A stretch of DNA of 64,000 nucleotides, taken from a virus. Position numbers and translations under genes: made by a program. The stretch lies in IMG/VR virus record IMGVR_UViG_3300045988_044010; one strand, given 5' to 3'. Under the pieces are notes generated by a model. That model was not told the DNA's origin and ran no database searches. It saw only the letters and a program-made list of their open reading frames with translations. This document shows, piece after piece, positions 50,301-59,086 of this stretch; position 1 is the stretch's first letter, and every line of letters starts with the position of its first letter.

Positions 50301-51461
50301 TTCTTTAGGTAGCTTCCAGATATGATGGCAAACATTGGTAATCCTATACCAAACGGCAAAGTACCATATTTATTGATGTTAAATCAAGTAGTAAAAGACA
50401 ACAGAGAATTATTTGATAGATTAGACCAAAGTCAAGTATTACGTTCTATTAATCAGAACTTTTGGTTTGCAGGATATACACAAGCAGATTATACTGTTAA
50501 AAGCCACACGCTTCTAAGTATCTATCATAATTATCGTTTCGTAGATGGTGAAGGTTTTTTATCTAAACAATAGTATATTGATAAATTTTATTCAGATGAT
50601 AGAAAAAAAGGAGCAGTGGCATTTAAACAGCTTTCTACTACGTTATATGATGCTTATATCACTAATAATAAAGGCGAGGTTTCTGTAGATTCTAAATACA
50701 GTAAGTATGTTACTGAAAAGCTTTTAAATGATGTTAGAAATAGAATTGATATATTATCTAAAAGAATTGACGGTACTTTGAGAGAAGTAGATAAAGCAGC
50801 AGTTCATGCAAGTTCTATTGCATCTTACTTAGTATTACATCGTAACTTTATGGTATCTGCTTTATAGGATAGATTTAAGAAGAGACAATATAATCTAGAT
50901 CTTGGTGCTATGGAAGAAGGTTATTATAGATCTGCTGGCAAGTTCTTATCAAATGTGTTAAAGAATAAACATTTTGCTCTTACTTAGTTATTAGCAGATT
51001 ATAATAATATGAAAGACTATGAACAATATGGAGTAAGAAGAGTACTTAATGAGTTAATGTTGGTAGCTGGTTCTACGTCAGTAGCTATTGCATTTGCTTC
51101 ATTAGTAGATGGAGATGATGATTATGATATGTGGTTAACACAATCAATTACGTACTTGGCTATGCGTTCAGCATTTGAATTTAGAACTATGTATAACCCA
51201 CTCGAATTAATTTCTTTAATCAAATCTCCTACAGCAGCTTTCAATTGGTTTGATAATTTATCAAGCTTCATTAATCTGATAAATCCATTTGCATATACTG
51301 GAGATAGAACACCTTTTACTATAATAGATAGAGGAGTGTATAAAGGAATGCCTGTTATATTAAAGAATATAATTAAAGTAACCCCATTTAAGAGTGCATT
51401 TGAAGCTTAGGATCCAAAAACAAAACGAAATTATCTATAGAATCAATTAATGAACTTCTGA
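47313..51461 (+). CDS. large virion protein, 1382 aa with TAG read-through
   Basis: ATG 47313 lies 10 nt after the TAA TAA. Track ORFs 48129, 48765, 49674, 50076, 50322, 50616 and 51009 are all in the same frame. Interruptions are TAG only, up to TGA 51459-51461. Confidence 0.65.
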
Positions 51462-51484
51462 GTTTCTATATAAATTATCAATTC

Positions 51485-51534
51485 GCAGTGAACACTGCAA
51501 AAAAGGAAAAGCCTACTAGACAACTAGTAGGCTT
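51485..51534. terminator. convergent-module terminator region (two hairpins)
   Basis: GCAGTG/CACTGC lies at 51485-51498. An 11-bp stem AAGCCTACTAG/CTAGTAGGCTT lies at 51509-51534. On the minus strand the second hairpin is followed by TTCCTTTTTT. Confidence 0.65.
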
Positions 51535-51539
51535 ATTAG

Positions 51540-52040
51540 TTATATGTCATCACCAAATTCCATATAACTATAATAGTCTTCTTCTGGTATTTCAGCTTCT
51601 ATAGACTCACCAAATCTATAGTGATTATAAAACAAACGCTCTTCTAATTCTGGAACTGGCACGTTGTTCCAAAACCTGTTTATTTCTAATGCTGTTTTCA
51701 AATTATAAGTTTTACCATTTATACGAAGCCTATCAATATCTTTTTTATACTTAGGATTACTAAAACAATAGACAGTATAATGTTTTTTCTTAATAGTTAT
51801 ATAGTGAGTATTATAGATAGTATCTAACTGTCTAAACTTAAGAAATCTGTTTAAAGATTCCTTAGTGTTTACACTACTATCATAAACAAAAAAGACCTTA
51901 TCTTCTAAATAAGGTCTATTCTTATCACTAGTAAACGCATTAACAAAACCACTTTCTACTGTTAAATCTTCCCAAGTAATGTTATCGTTGCATAACGGAG
52001 CTATATATATACTTACATCATTCAAGTTCTTCAGTTCCAT
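51540..52040 (-). CDS. hypothetical protein (166 aa)
   Basis: Intact ORF with a TAA stop. It is the last gene of the leftward module. Confidence 0.7.
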   Translation of the reverse strand: MELKNLNDVSIYIAPLCNDNITWEDLTVESGFVNAFTSDKNRPYLEDKVFFVYDSSVNTKESLNRFLKFRQLDTIYNTHYITIKKKHYTVYCFSNPKYKKDIDRLRINGKTYNLKTALEINRFWNNVPVPELEERLFYNHYRFGESIEAEIPEEDYYSYMEFGDDI

Positions 52041-53004
52041 CTTCTTCGTAATATTTACGAGTATGGTCCCAATTACCTGTCTGATAATGATATGATATTT
52101 CTGTTAATGCTTCTGCTATTAGGTCTTTGCGATCCAACAACTCTTTCTCATTTAACATATTAAAAACACGTACTTCATTATTACCATTACTCTGAATAGC
52201 AATAATATACGCTTCTAAATCATATTCTTCTATATCATAACCTTCTTCCTTGAAATACCAAGTAAGAGCTAGTATATAGAATGCTATCTGTCTATAATAA
52301 TCATATTCTTCTACAGAATGCTTGAAATTATAAACATCAGCAGTTGTTTTTAAGTCAATTAATGTAATCCTTCTATTACAATGGTCAATCTTGACTCTAT
52401 CTAATAGTGACTTACAGGATACATTTGCTTTTTCATATTCCCAATTTATATGAAACTCATTATTACATTCTAAACCGGGCTGATTTGTAAGTAACTCACT
52501 TGCTTTTTTATGATTATCTATGTTTTCCTTAATACGTCTAAGCATAGTTATATCAGCAAATGATATTACTGTTTTGTTAGCTTTTTCAAGTTTTAAGTAT
52601 GAAATATATTCTCCGAACGAATCAACTATCTGTTTAGCTTCTTCTAGTTTTTTCTCATTAGATTTACTATTACTATAAGCTTTATTATAGCTATTAAGCA
52701 ATAATTTATCATTATCTTCTAGAGGATTTACAGCTAATTCTTGAACATATTCTATACATAAAGTTTTTTGTTGACTTACTTTAGGTACTACAAAATCTAA
52801 GATTATATAGTTATCCCAAAATTCGTCTGGTTGAAGTAGGTACATATGTATCATAGTTCCTTTTTCAAGAAACTTTCCACTAATACCTTCTTCTTTACCA
52901 TCAAGCATATCCTTGAGGTAACGAGGTCCTTTCTTCAAGAACCATCCTATTGCTGAATTTGATATTCGCGTGTTATCTTCATAATACGGAATTTCTATTT
53001 TCAT
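52018..53004 (-). CDS. PD-(D/E)XK family exonuclease (328 aa)
   Basis: Intact ORF. The ITLIDLKTT motif, with upstream acidic residues, fits the D...(D/E)xK nuclease signature of RecE/RecB-like phage exonucleases. Confidence 0.65.
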   Translation of the reverse strand: MKIEIPYYEDNTRISNSAIGWFLKKGPRYLKDMLDGKEEGISGKFLEKGTMIHMYLLQPDEFWDNYIILDFVVPKVSQQKTLCIEYVQELAVNPLEDNDKLLLNSYNKAYSNSKSNEKKLEEAKQIVDSFGEYISYLKLEKANKTVISFADITMLRRIKENIDNHKKASELLTNQPGLECNNEFHINWEYEKANVSCKSLLDRVKIDHCNRRITLIDLKTTADVYNFKHSVEEYDYYRQIAFYILALTWYFKEEGYDIEEYDLEAYIIAIQSNGNNEVRVFNMLNEKELLDRKDLIAEALTEISYHYQTGNWDHTRKYYEEDGTEELE

Positions 53005-53903
53005 GCTGCTGTTTTTGTTTCTTCAAATATGTTACTATCTACAATAAAATCTTCTTCTATTGTATTAGTGTCAGTAACAAAGTTTCCTGAAGTATCCCAT
53101 TCAACTTCATCTTCCTTTACAGGAATTTCTGCGCGTAGTTCTTCTGAGTAATTCTGTATGAGATCGCTCAGTTGCTTAGAAAACTCTACAGTTTGTGTTA
53201 AATTGGATATTGTTTGTAATCGTAGAAGAATCTCATCTATGATTTCTTGTCTTTTGTCTTCAGTCATAATATCTATTGTTACTATTTCCAAGTTCTTTTT
53301 AAAATTATACCCATCGTCCAATATAGAACAATTATGTTGTCCTATATGCCCATATGATACACCATCATGCCAATGTCCAAACAAATGATGTTTATATCTT
53401 CCAGAACTATAATAAAATAATTCATTATTATAATTAGGATTATCATGAGTAAGCAGTATATCACATTTAGGTATCTTTTTGAATGGATTATCTTCTACTT
53501 CATCAGTAGGATATTCAAATGCCCATTTACCCGGTTGGTATTCGATAGGTTTTATCCAAGGAGTTCCATAGAAGGTTGTACCTTCATATGTATATGACTC
53601 ATCAATAAGCATTTCTACTTTATTACCAGTCATTCCTCTCATAACCTCTTTAGTTTCTGCCCAAGCTTCTTCGTTATAGAGCTTTTCTAGGTAGAAATCA
53701 TGATTACCCGGAACTACGATTATCTTTTTACAAGGTAATTCATTAGCCCATTTAGTAAATCTTCTAGTCCACCAAGTAGCAGATGCATCCATGGATCTTT
53801 GTTCATTTAATGGAATTATGTCTCCACAAATGCACAAAACATCACATTTAGGAATCCCATTATAGAGATTCCCATGTATATCACTAATTCCACATATTTT
53901 CAT
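53001..53903 (-). CDS. calcineurin-like metallophosphoesterase (300 aa)
   Basis: Motifs GISDIHGN, CGDIIP, VPGNHD and GHWH. Confidence 0.8.
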   Translation of the reverse strand: MKICGISDIHGNLYNGIPKCDVLCICGDIIPLNEQRSMDASATWWTRRFTKWANELPCKKIIVVPGNHDFYLEKLYNEEAWAETKEVMRGMTGNKVEMLIDESYTYEGTTFYGTPWIKPIEYQPGKWAFEYPTDEVEDNPFKKIPKCDILLTHDNPNYNNELFYYSSGRYKHHLFGHWHDGVSYGHIGQHNCSILDDGYNFKKNLEIVTIDIMTEDKRQEIIDEILLRLQTISNLTQTVEFSKQLSDLIQNYSEELRAEIPVKEDEVEWDTSGNFVTDTNTIEEDFIVDSNIFEETKTAA

Positions 53904-53954
53904 ACTGTAAGAATTTAGTAAGTTTATATATAAGTATTGAATAAAATAGTATCA

Positions 53955-54788
53955 TTAGAATAAATCATCATCTATATCATCAGAATTACTTGTTCCTGTC
54001 CTTATTACTCCATTTAAGCTAAGATTCATATCTTTAGCTAATTTATCTAATGGAATATCTTCGAAGAGAACAACTTCATCCAAGAATGCTGAAATATTAT
54101 CAAATGATTTAACTTCCATATGTTCGACGATGAAGTTCACAACTTCATCTATGTTCTTTACTCCTTTATCTTCTGCCATATAGCGTACGAATACAGAATT
54201 AGAATTTGCTTCATATTCTTTGAAATAACGAACACGTGAACAACGATCAAAGAAGTTATCGTCTATTTTATCTGTTTTATTACAGGTCATCAATACCAGT
54301 TTCTTTGACGTAGCTTCTACACCATCTAAGAATCCTAACAGATCCTTAGTTTCCCACCAATAACTATTCTTCTCAATTTCGTCAAACATAACTACTACAG
54401 GAGTAGTAAAATGTTTGAAGAAACTAGTAAGTTTATTAGCAGGATAGTCATTTGCGACTATAATAATAGGTAAATTACTTTCTAAGGCAATACGTTTAGA
54501 GAGCATTGTTTTGCCTGTACCTTTAGTACCAGCAAGCAATATACCTGTTGTCTTTCCAGAATTTTCGGAATTAAAATAATTAAGTACACGCTTGATAAAC
54601 TTATTATCTTCTTCTAGTTCATATAATTTATTTGGCATGTTTAAATCTCCATTCTCTTTGAGATAAGATCTTCCCTGCATTCTATCATACTCTAGATCGT
54701 ATACTTTATTATTTATGAGCTCATAAGAAATACCTTCTAACTTAGGTTTAACTGTAATCTCATTTCCAATCTTAATAAATTCTGCCAT
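53955..54788 (-). CDS. AAA+ ATPase (277 aa)
   Basis: Walker A is LLAGTKGTGKT. Walker B is VVMFDEIE. Confidence 0.8.
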   Translation of the reverse strand: MAEFIKIGNEITVKPKLEGISYELINNKVYDLEYDRMQGRSYLKENGDLNMPNKLYELEEDNKFIKRVLNYFNSENSGKTTGILLAGTKGTGKTMLSKRIALESNLPIIIVANDYPANKLTSFFKHFTTPVVVMFDEIEKNSYWWETKDLLGFLDGVEATSKKLVLMTCNKTDKIDDNFFDRCSRVRYFKEYEANSNSVFVRYMAEDKGVKNIDEVVNFIVEHMEVKSFDNISAFLDEVVLFEDIPLDKLAKDMNLSLNGVIRTGTSNSDDIDDDLF

Positions 54789-54801
54789 AACTGTAATTTT
54801 T

Positions 54802-55194
54802 TTATGTTTTTAACTTGTTGACCAATTCATCAACTTGTTTTTGCGTATGTACTATATAATAATCTATATCTAGATTATTTACATACAAATAATACTTAAA
54901 AAGTTTTTCACGCAAAGCCCATGCATCATTTGGATAGCCTTTGCATTCAATAATAAACTTATCACCTACAAAATCAGGTTTATAAGTTATTGCTCTATAT
55001 TTCTTATCACCAAAAGTAAAAGCTGGAAGCAGTTCGTATCGTTGAGTTTCATACTCAGCTTTGATATTCGACTCTTCCAGCTTCTTATATGTATATGTCT
55101 CAAGTTTGCTTTTAAACTTAATACCATTATACTCATTTGGTGTTGCATTGCGAATTTTGCTTTCGCTAGGTTTATTTCTTTTCCTCTACATCAT
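54802..55194 (-). CDS. DUF1064-like PD-(D/E)XK nuclease (possible Holliday junction resolvase), 130 aa with TAG at codon 3
   Basis: It is not in the ORF track. The minus strand reads ATG ATG TAG AGG..., giving MM[TAG]RKRNKPSESKIRNATPNEYNGIKFKSKLE...ITYKPDFVGDKFIIECKGYPNDAWALREKLFKYY, with TAA at 54802-54804. There is no ATG/GTG/TTG after the TAG. Confidence 0.6.
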
Positions 55195-55327
55195 TAGTAA
55201 TATTAGATTTTCTGGAAATAGTTTTCCTTTTATGTCCAAAGGCAATAAAAAAATTACTATTTACTAATTTGAATGGAAAAGCTAATGCTTTACGCAATCC
55301 TTTGGAAATATAATTAAGTTTGCTCAT
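55172..55327 (-). CDS. small upstream ORF (51 aa)
   Basis: The ATG overlaps the TGA of the upstream phosphoesterase as ATGA. It ends at TAA 55172-55174 and overlaps the start of the DUF1064-like ORF by 23 nt in another frame. Confidence 0.3.
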   Translation of the reverse strand: MSKLNYISKGLRKALAFPFKLVNSNFFIAFGHKRKTISRKSNITNDVEEKK

Positions 55328-55896
55328 TGTTTTATATAGTTTTTTATGAAATTAGCCAATTTATCAATAGATACAAAGTCATAATTTGCAAAACTACTAT
55401 CAATACCAACATCTATACGAATGTGGTCAGGTAATTCTGCTGAGTTTTGTAAATCTACCGATCCATGGCAATGACCGTGAAGCATTATACTACCTTTTTC
55501 AATATGTTCCCAAGAGAACATAGGAAAATGACACATAATTACTTCAATGTCTTTTGGTAATGACTGAAACACAGTTTTCTTAAATGTCATATTCTTTATC
55601 TGAGTAATATGATTGAAGAAACATCTGTGATTATCTGATACTTTATCATGATTTCCTAGTATAAGTACTTTATTTCCATTTAATCTCTGAAATAGTTTTC
55701 GTTTTTCATCTGTTGTTCCAAATGCAAAATCTCCTAGAATATATACAGTATCATGTTTATCAATTCTACTGTTCCACTTTTGTATCATTTTCTCTGTTAC
55801 CTCTTTCATATTATTACCAAATAGTTCTCTCCGTTTAGGATGAAAATCTAGTATTCTATTATGAAAGAAATGCCAATCTGCTGTGAACCATATCAT
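55324..55896 (-). CDS. metallophosphoesterase (190 aa)
   Basis: Motifs TADWHFFH, GDFAFG, LGNHD and HGHCHG. Confidence 0.8.
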   Translation of the reverse strand: MIWFTADWHFFHNRILDFHPKRRELFGNNMKEVTEKMIQKWNSRIDKHDTVYILGDFAFGTTDEKRKLFQRLNGNKVLILGNHDKVSDNHRCFFNHITQIKNMTFKKTVFQSLPKDIEVIMCHFPMFSWEHIEKGSIMLHGHCHGSVDLQNSAELPDHIRIDVGIDSSFANYDFVSIDKLANFIKNYIKQ

Positions 55897-56864
55897 TTGT
55901 TAATATTTTTAGTTAACCAATTTTTCACTTTATCAAATCCATTAGCTTTTATAGCATCAGATACATCTTTTGCTTTAAACTTTTTATGAATTAGCATACC
56001 TTCTAAGCCTGTTTTCTGGCTCATTTTACGGAGATATTTTACTCCGGCTTCATCTCTATCAAACAATATAATAATACGTTTAAAACGCTTCTTAAGTTGT
56101 TCTAGAACTCTATCAGGTATGAATGTAGATTCAGATGAAGGTGAGATAGCTGGTATACCCATCTCGTATAGGCACATAACATCTTTCATACTTTTGGTTA
56201 TAACAAGTATATCTCCTGTTTTAGGTAATTGTTTATAACCCTGAATGTCTAATTCAGTTAAGTTGTTACGCCATTTTGTATATTTATCTGCATATGGTTT
56301 ATATATCTTAAAATGATTATATACCTTATATGCGTACATAGGATTTTCTTCTTTGTAAACGCTTTTTACTATGCCGTTACATAGGTAGTACTTTATACTA
56401 CTTACTCCAAACTTCTTTAATGTTTCTACCTGTATATTAAACTGCTTCCAGTAATTGATGTCAGTATCGGTAAATTCCTGACGTACTACACCAATTACTG
56501 TTTCAGTTGACGGTATATATTGCTTAGAGCTATCGAGATGCGTACTACTAGTAATTTTAAGTTTGTTAACTATATCATTTAGAATATCTGAATAATTAGT
56601 TAAACCTGTTATTAAGGATACGAATTTGATAACATTACCACATTCTCCTGTACCATGATCTTTAAACAACAATTGTTTAGTCTTTCTACTATAGAAACAT
56701 CCAAACGATGGTGTTTTATCTTTTCTCAATGGAGAATTATAGATCATGCCAACTTTAAAATTGCCAATATACGCTGCATATATATCATACTCACTTACTC
56801 TAGATAATATATAATCTAAAGTAATAGTAACTTCTTCTTTTATTTTGTTAGTATCAAAAACCAT
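55893..56864 (-). CDS. DNA primase (Toprim type, 323 aa)
   Basis: The C-terminal half has a Toprim-like ILFDRDEAG motif. It lies in the replication module next to the helicase and polymerase. Confidence 0.7.
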   Translation of the reverse strand: MVFDTNKIKEEVTITLDYILSRVSEYDIYAAYIGNFKVGMIYNSPLRKDKTPSFGCFYSRKTKQLLFKDHGTGECGNVIKFVSLITGLTNYSDILNDIVNKLKITSSTHLDSSKQYIPSTETVIGVVRQEFTDTDINYWKQFNIQVETLKKFGVSSIKYYLCNGIVKSVYKEENPMYAYKVYNHFKIYKPYADKYTKWRNNLTELDIQGYKQLPKTGDILVITKSMKDVMCLYEMGIPAISPSSESTFIPDRVLEQLKKRFKRIIILFDRDEAGVKYLRKMSQKTGLEGMLIHKKFKAKDVSDAIKANGFDKVKNWLTKNINK

Positions 56865-56879
56865 ATGATATATTGTTAG

Positions 56880-56965
56880 TGGCAGTGTAGAGATTTGAAC
56901 TCTACAGTAAAGGAAAGCTGTATCTTACTTTCTTTACACCATGCTCCTGACACTCCGGAACTGCC
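56880..56965 (-). ncRNA. tRNA-like element (acceptor helix plus canonical T-arm, non-canonical core)
   Basis: The minus strand reads GGCAGTT...TAGAG-TTCAAAT-CTCTA-CACTGCC-A. A 6-bp acceptor helix stacks on a 5-bp T stem with a TTCAAAT loop. The 54-nt interior forms a 10-bp bulged helix instead of D and anticodon arms. Its 3' end is 15 nt upstream of the primase ATG. Confidence 0.35.
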
Positions 56966-56971
56966 ATTAAA

Positions 56972-57033
56972 ACGTAGGTTGTGTACTATTTCGTAATCAC
57001 TCATTTTTCATAGTGCGGTACACTAACCTACGT
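56972..57033 (-). ncRNA. long hairpin (15-16 bp stem) in the SSB-primase intergenic region
   Basis: ACGTAGGTTAGTGTAC (57033-57018, minus strand) pairs with GTACACAACCTACGT (56986-56972), with one bulged base. Confidence 0.5.
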
Positions 57034-57082
57034 GTTCGTCGTATTATGCCCGACGTGGCGGCTTTATATAAATCCTAACAGA

Positions 57083-57709
57083 TTAGAAAGGTAGATCGTC
57101 AGACGGAGCTTCCGATTTGACTTCTAGAGGATTAACTTCTACAGTCTCTTTATCGGATACTACTGGTTTAACGAACAAGTCTATACCTGTTATTTCTCGT
57201 ATCATGCTTTCATTTTTGCCTTCTTCATAAAATCCCATCGGGATAATCATAGGCTCAATTGCTGCAAATTTTACATAACTTGGAAGTGTAGTATATCCAT
57301 CTTTATTATAGACAACTTTCACTTTCAACAATGTGTCTTTGTTTGCTGCATTCAGCATAGCAACTACCCAGTTAGTGAATTCTTTATAAGAACTACCAGT
57401 GAAGTTTAATACTTCTTTAGGATAGAAACATCTCAAGATACGATTAATTCTTGTAACCTGATTTGTTGCTTTATTCTGGTTCTGTTCTTCAGTATCTTCT
57501 GCACGTTCCTTAGGTTCCCATTCTGTATGAACAAGTTCCTTGCCGTCTTTCTCGAATCTAAATTCAATGAAATTCTTTCCTGTTGGAGATACTGCAGTCT
57601 TCACTGACGTAAATTTAACATTATCATGAATACCTGCTTCGAGGTATTTAGTATTACTACTATTATTATTTAATGTTACTTGGTTTGCTAAATCTGTACT
57701 ATAAATCAT
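57083..57709 (-). CDS. ssb: single-stranded DNA-binding protein (208 aa)
   Basis: Its C-terminus ends in DDLPF, like the acidic DDDIPF tip of bacterial SSBs. It lies in the replication module. Confidence 0.65.
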   Translation of the reverse strand: MIYSTDLANQVTLNNNSSNTKYLEAGIHDNVKFTSVKTAVSPTGKNFIEFRFEKDGKELVHTEWEPKERAEDTEEQNQNKATNQVTRINRILRCFYPKEVLNFTGSSYKEFTNWVVAMLNAANKDTLLKVKVVYNKDGYTTLPSYVKFAAIEPMIIPMGFYEEGKNESMIREITGIDLFVKPVVSDKETVEVNPLEVKSEAPSDDLPF

Positions 57710-57730
57710 AACTATTTGTTTTGTATTTTT

Positions 57731-58471
57731 TTATTCAGGTAAATATATCTTATTCCAATAAGTAGTGATTTCATTGTTTTCATCACTTTCTGCTACTACG
57801 ATATTCTTTCCTCTTAAATGAGGAGCTCTAGCTTCTATGACAGAGTTATCTCCACCTTCAAAAGAAATATGAGTTTCATTTTTCTTTCTATATACATAGC
57901 CAACAGCATCTGCTTCGCCACATATAATATTTGCTAGTGCACCTACTAGATCAAGAGACATTTCAGACATTTCTTCACCATTCTTATTAATCAACTTATC
58001 TCTAGTATGACCAATAAGAATAAAGTTATCACATAATCCTCGGAACATGTCAATAACTTTTCTTACAGCTTGTCTTATATATAAATAACCAGATCCATTA
58101 GGCAAGGTTCTGAGGTCTGTACCTTCATACTTCTTGCCCATTGGAGTAGCTTTATATAACTGTATAGCAAAGCTCATGCACATCTCTTCCAGTCTTGATG
58201 CATTATCAATAGTAATATACTTATAGGGTTTCTTACCTTCTTTTTTAATTTCTTCTCTTATTGCATTTGCAATCTCGCCTAAATCATTTACTGATCTAGC
58301 TTGAATAGCTAATGCCTCTAAGAATTCTGAACCACCTTCCAAATCGACAATAAGATTATTATCTAATTTAGATGCTAAGGTAGTTTTACCAGACTTTGGT
58401 TTGCCAAACAATATCAAGAATCTAGGATTCTCAATTCTGGCTTTTAATTTCTCTTTTGGTAATACAATCAT
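57731..58471 (-). CDS. AAA_24/Sak4-like RecA-fold ATPase (246 aa)
   Basis: The N-terminal Walker A is ILFGKPKSGKTTLAS, followed by LIVDLEGG. Confidence 0.7.
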   Translation of the reverse strand: MIVLPKEKLKARIENPRFLILFGKPKSGKTTLASKLDNNLIVDLEGGSEFLEALAIQARSVNDLGEIANAIREEIKKEGKKPYKYITIDNASRLEEMCMSFAIQLYKATPMGKKYEGTDLRTLPNGSGYLYIRQAVRKVIDMFRGLCDNFILIGHTRDKLINKNGEEMSEMSLDLVGALANIICGEADAVGYVYRKKNETHISFEGGDNSVIEARAPHLRGKNIVVAESDENNEITTYWNKIYLPE

Positions 58472-58544
58472 AAAGCTAGTTTATTTTATGTATCCCTCTG
58501 ATAAATATCTGATAATTTCTGCTAGTTATGGGATTTATATGTTA

Positions 58545-59060
58545 TTAGAACCAACCGTTATTCTTTACTTTAATAGTAAGATTAATGATTGTCTTCTTTG
58601 TTTCGGGTTTCAAATAGTTCAATGAACCCGGAGCGATTGGAATGATATCGTATCCAATCTGTACGAAATTGTGGAAAATTTTAATCGGTGTACCGTAGAT
58701 ATCCTCGAAATCATAATCCAAATCAAATGGATAATTCTTCTTAGCATATGCATCAAGTGCGTCTAATGCTTTAAAGAACTCTGTTTCAAGGTTATAGTTG
58801 TCGATTTTGTAGCACTTTGAGGCAAGTGGACAATTAGCACAAGTCTTAGGCAACCAGCTTACATTGTGTTTCTTACTCAAACCTAATGTAATAGTATCAC
58901 CTGCACCTGCATATTCGATTCCAAAATTAGATTTCGGATAATCAAATGAACTGTCAATAGTCAGCCACGGATATGCTGTAATAACGCGTTCCATCAACGC
59001 ATCTTTATAAATCTTTGCACTATTTTCTTTCTTCGGTAATGTAAATGTATATGTTTTCAT
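58545..59060 (-). CDS. hypothetical protein (171 aa)
   Basis: Intact ORF with a TAA stop. Confidence 0.7.
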   Translation of the reverse strand: MKTYTFTLPKKENSAKIYKDALMERVITAYPWLTIDSSFDYPKSNFGIEYAGAGDTITLGLSKKHNVSWLPKTCANCPLASKCYKIDNYNLETEFFKALDALDAYAKKNYPFDLDYDFEDIYGTPIKIFHNFVQIGYDIIPIAPGSLNYLKPETKKTIINLTIKVKNNGWF

Positions 59061-59086
59061 AAATTCAGCCTTTTTAATTGTTATTA

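Noticed and set aside
198-51461. The fragmented + strand ORFs might be pseudogenes or a degraded prophage.
   Set aside because: The fragments keep a single frame over many kb, and the interruptions are exclusively TAG. Conserved motifs and Gly-X-Y periodicity continue across them, and TAA/TGA occur only at sensible gene ends.
3334-51461. TGA or TAA might be recoded instead of, or as well as, TAG.
   Set aside because: TGA and TAA occur at gene ends, often in ATGA/TAATG overlaps with the next start (3334, 23397, 24576, 25484, 29647, 47298, 51459). I met none of them inside the long read-through frames.
55061-55267. A + strand 68-aa ORF lies in the ATPase-phosphoesterase gap.
   Set aside because: It is antisense to the DUF1064-like nuclease frame, which has a clear family-type sequence. 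The + ORF is hydrophobic low-complexity.
54802-55327. The 51-codon uORF might be fused to the nuclease by a programmed +1 frameshift, replacing the TAG-codon-3 start.
   Set aside because: It is possible at AAA TAA A, but I do not favour it. DUF1064-type proteins are about this length (130 aa) and usually begin just upstream of the Y.G..F.S motif, which matches the ATG ATG TAG start. I kept it as an alternative inside the finding.
56880-56965. The element upstream of the primase might be a canonical (type II) tRNA or a suppressor tRNA.
   Set aside because: I tested every 5-7-5 window in the interior and found no anticodon arm and no D stem. No CTA, TTA or TCA sits in a plausible loop. Only the acceptor/T-arm half is tRNA-like.
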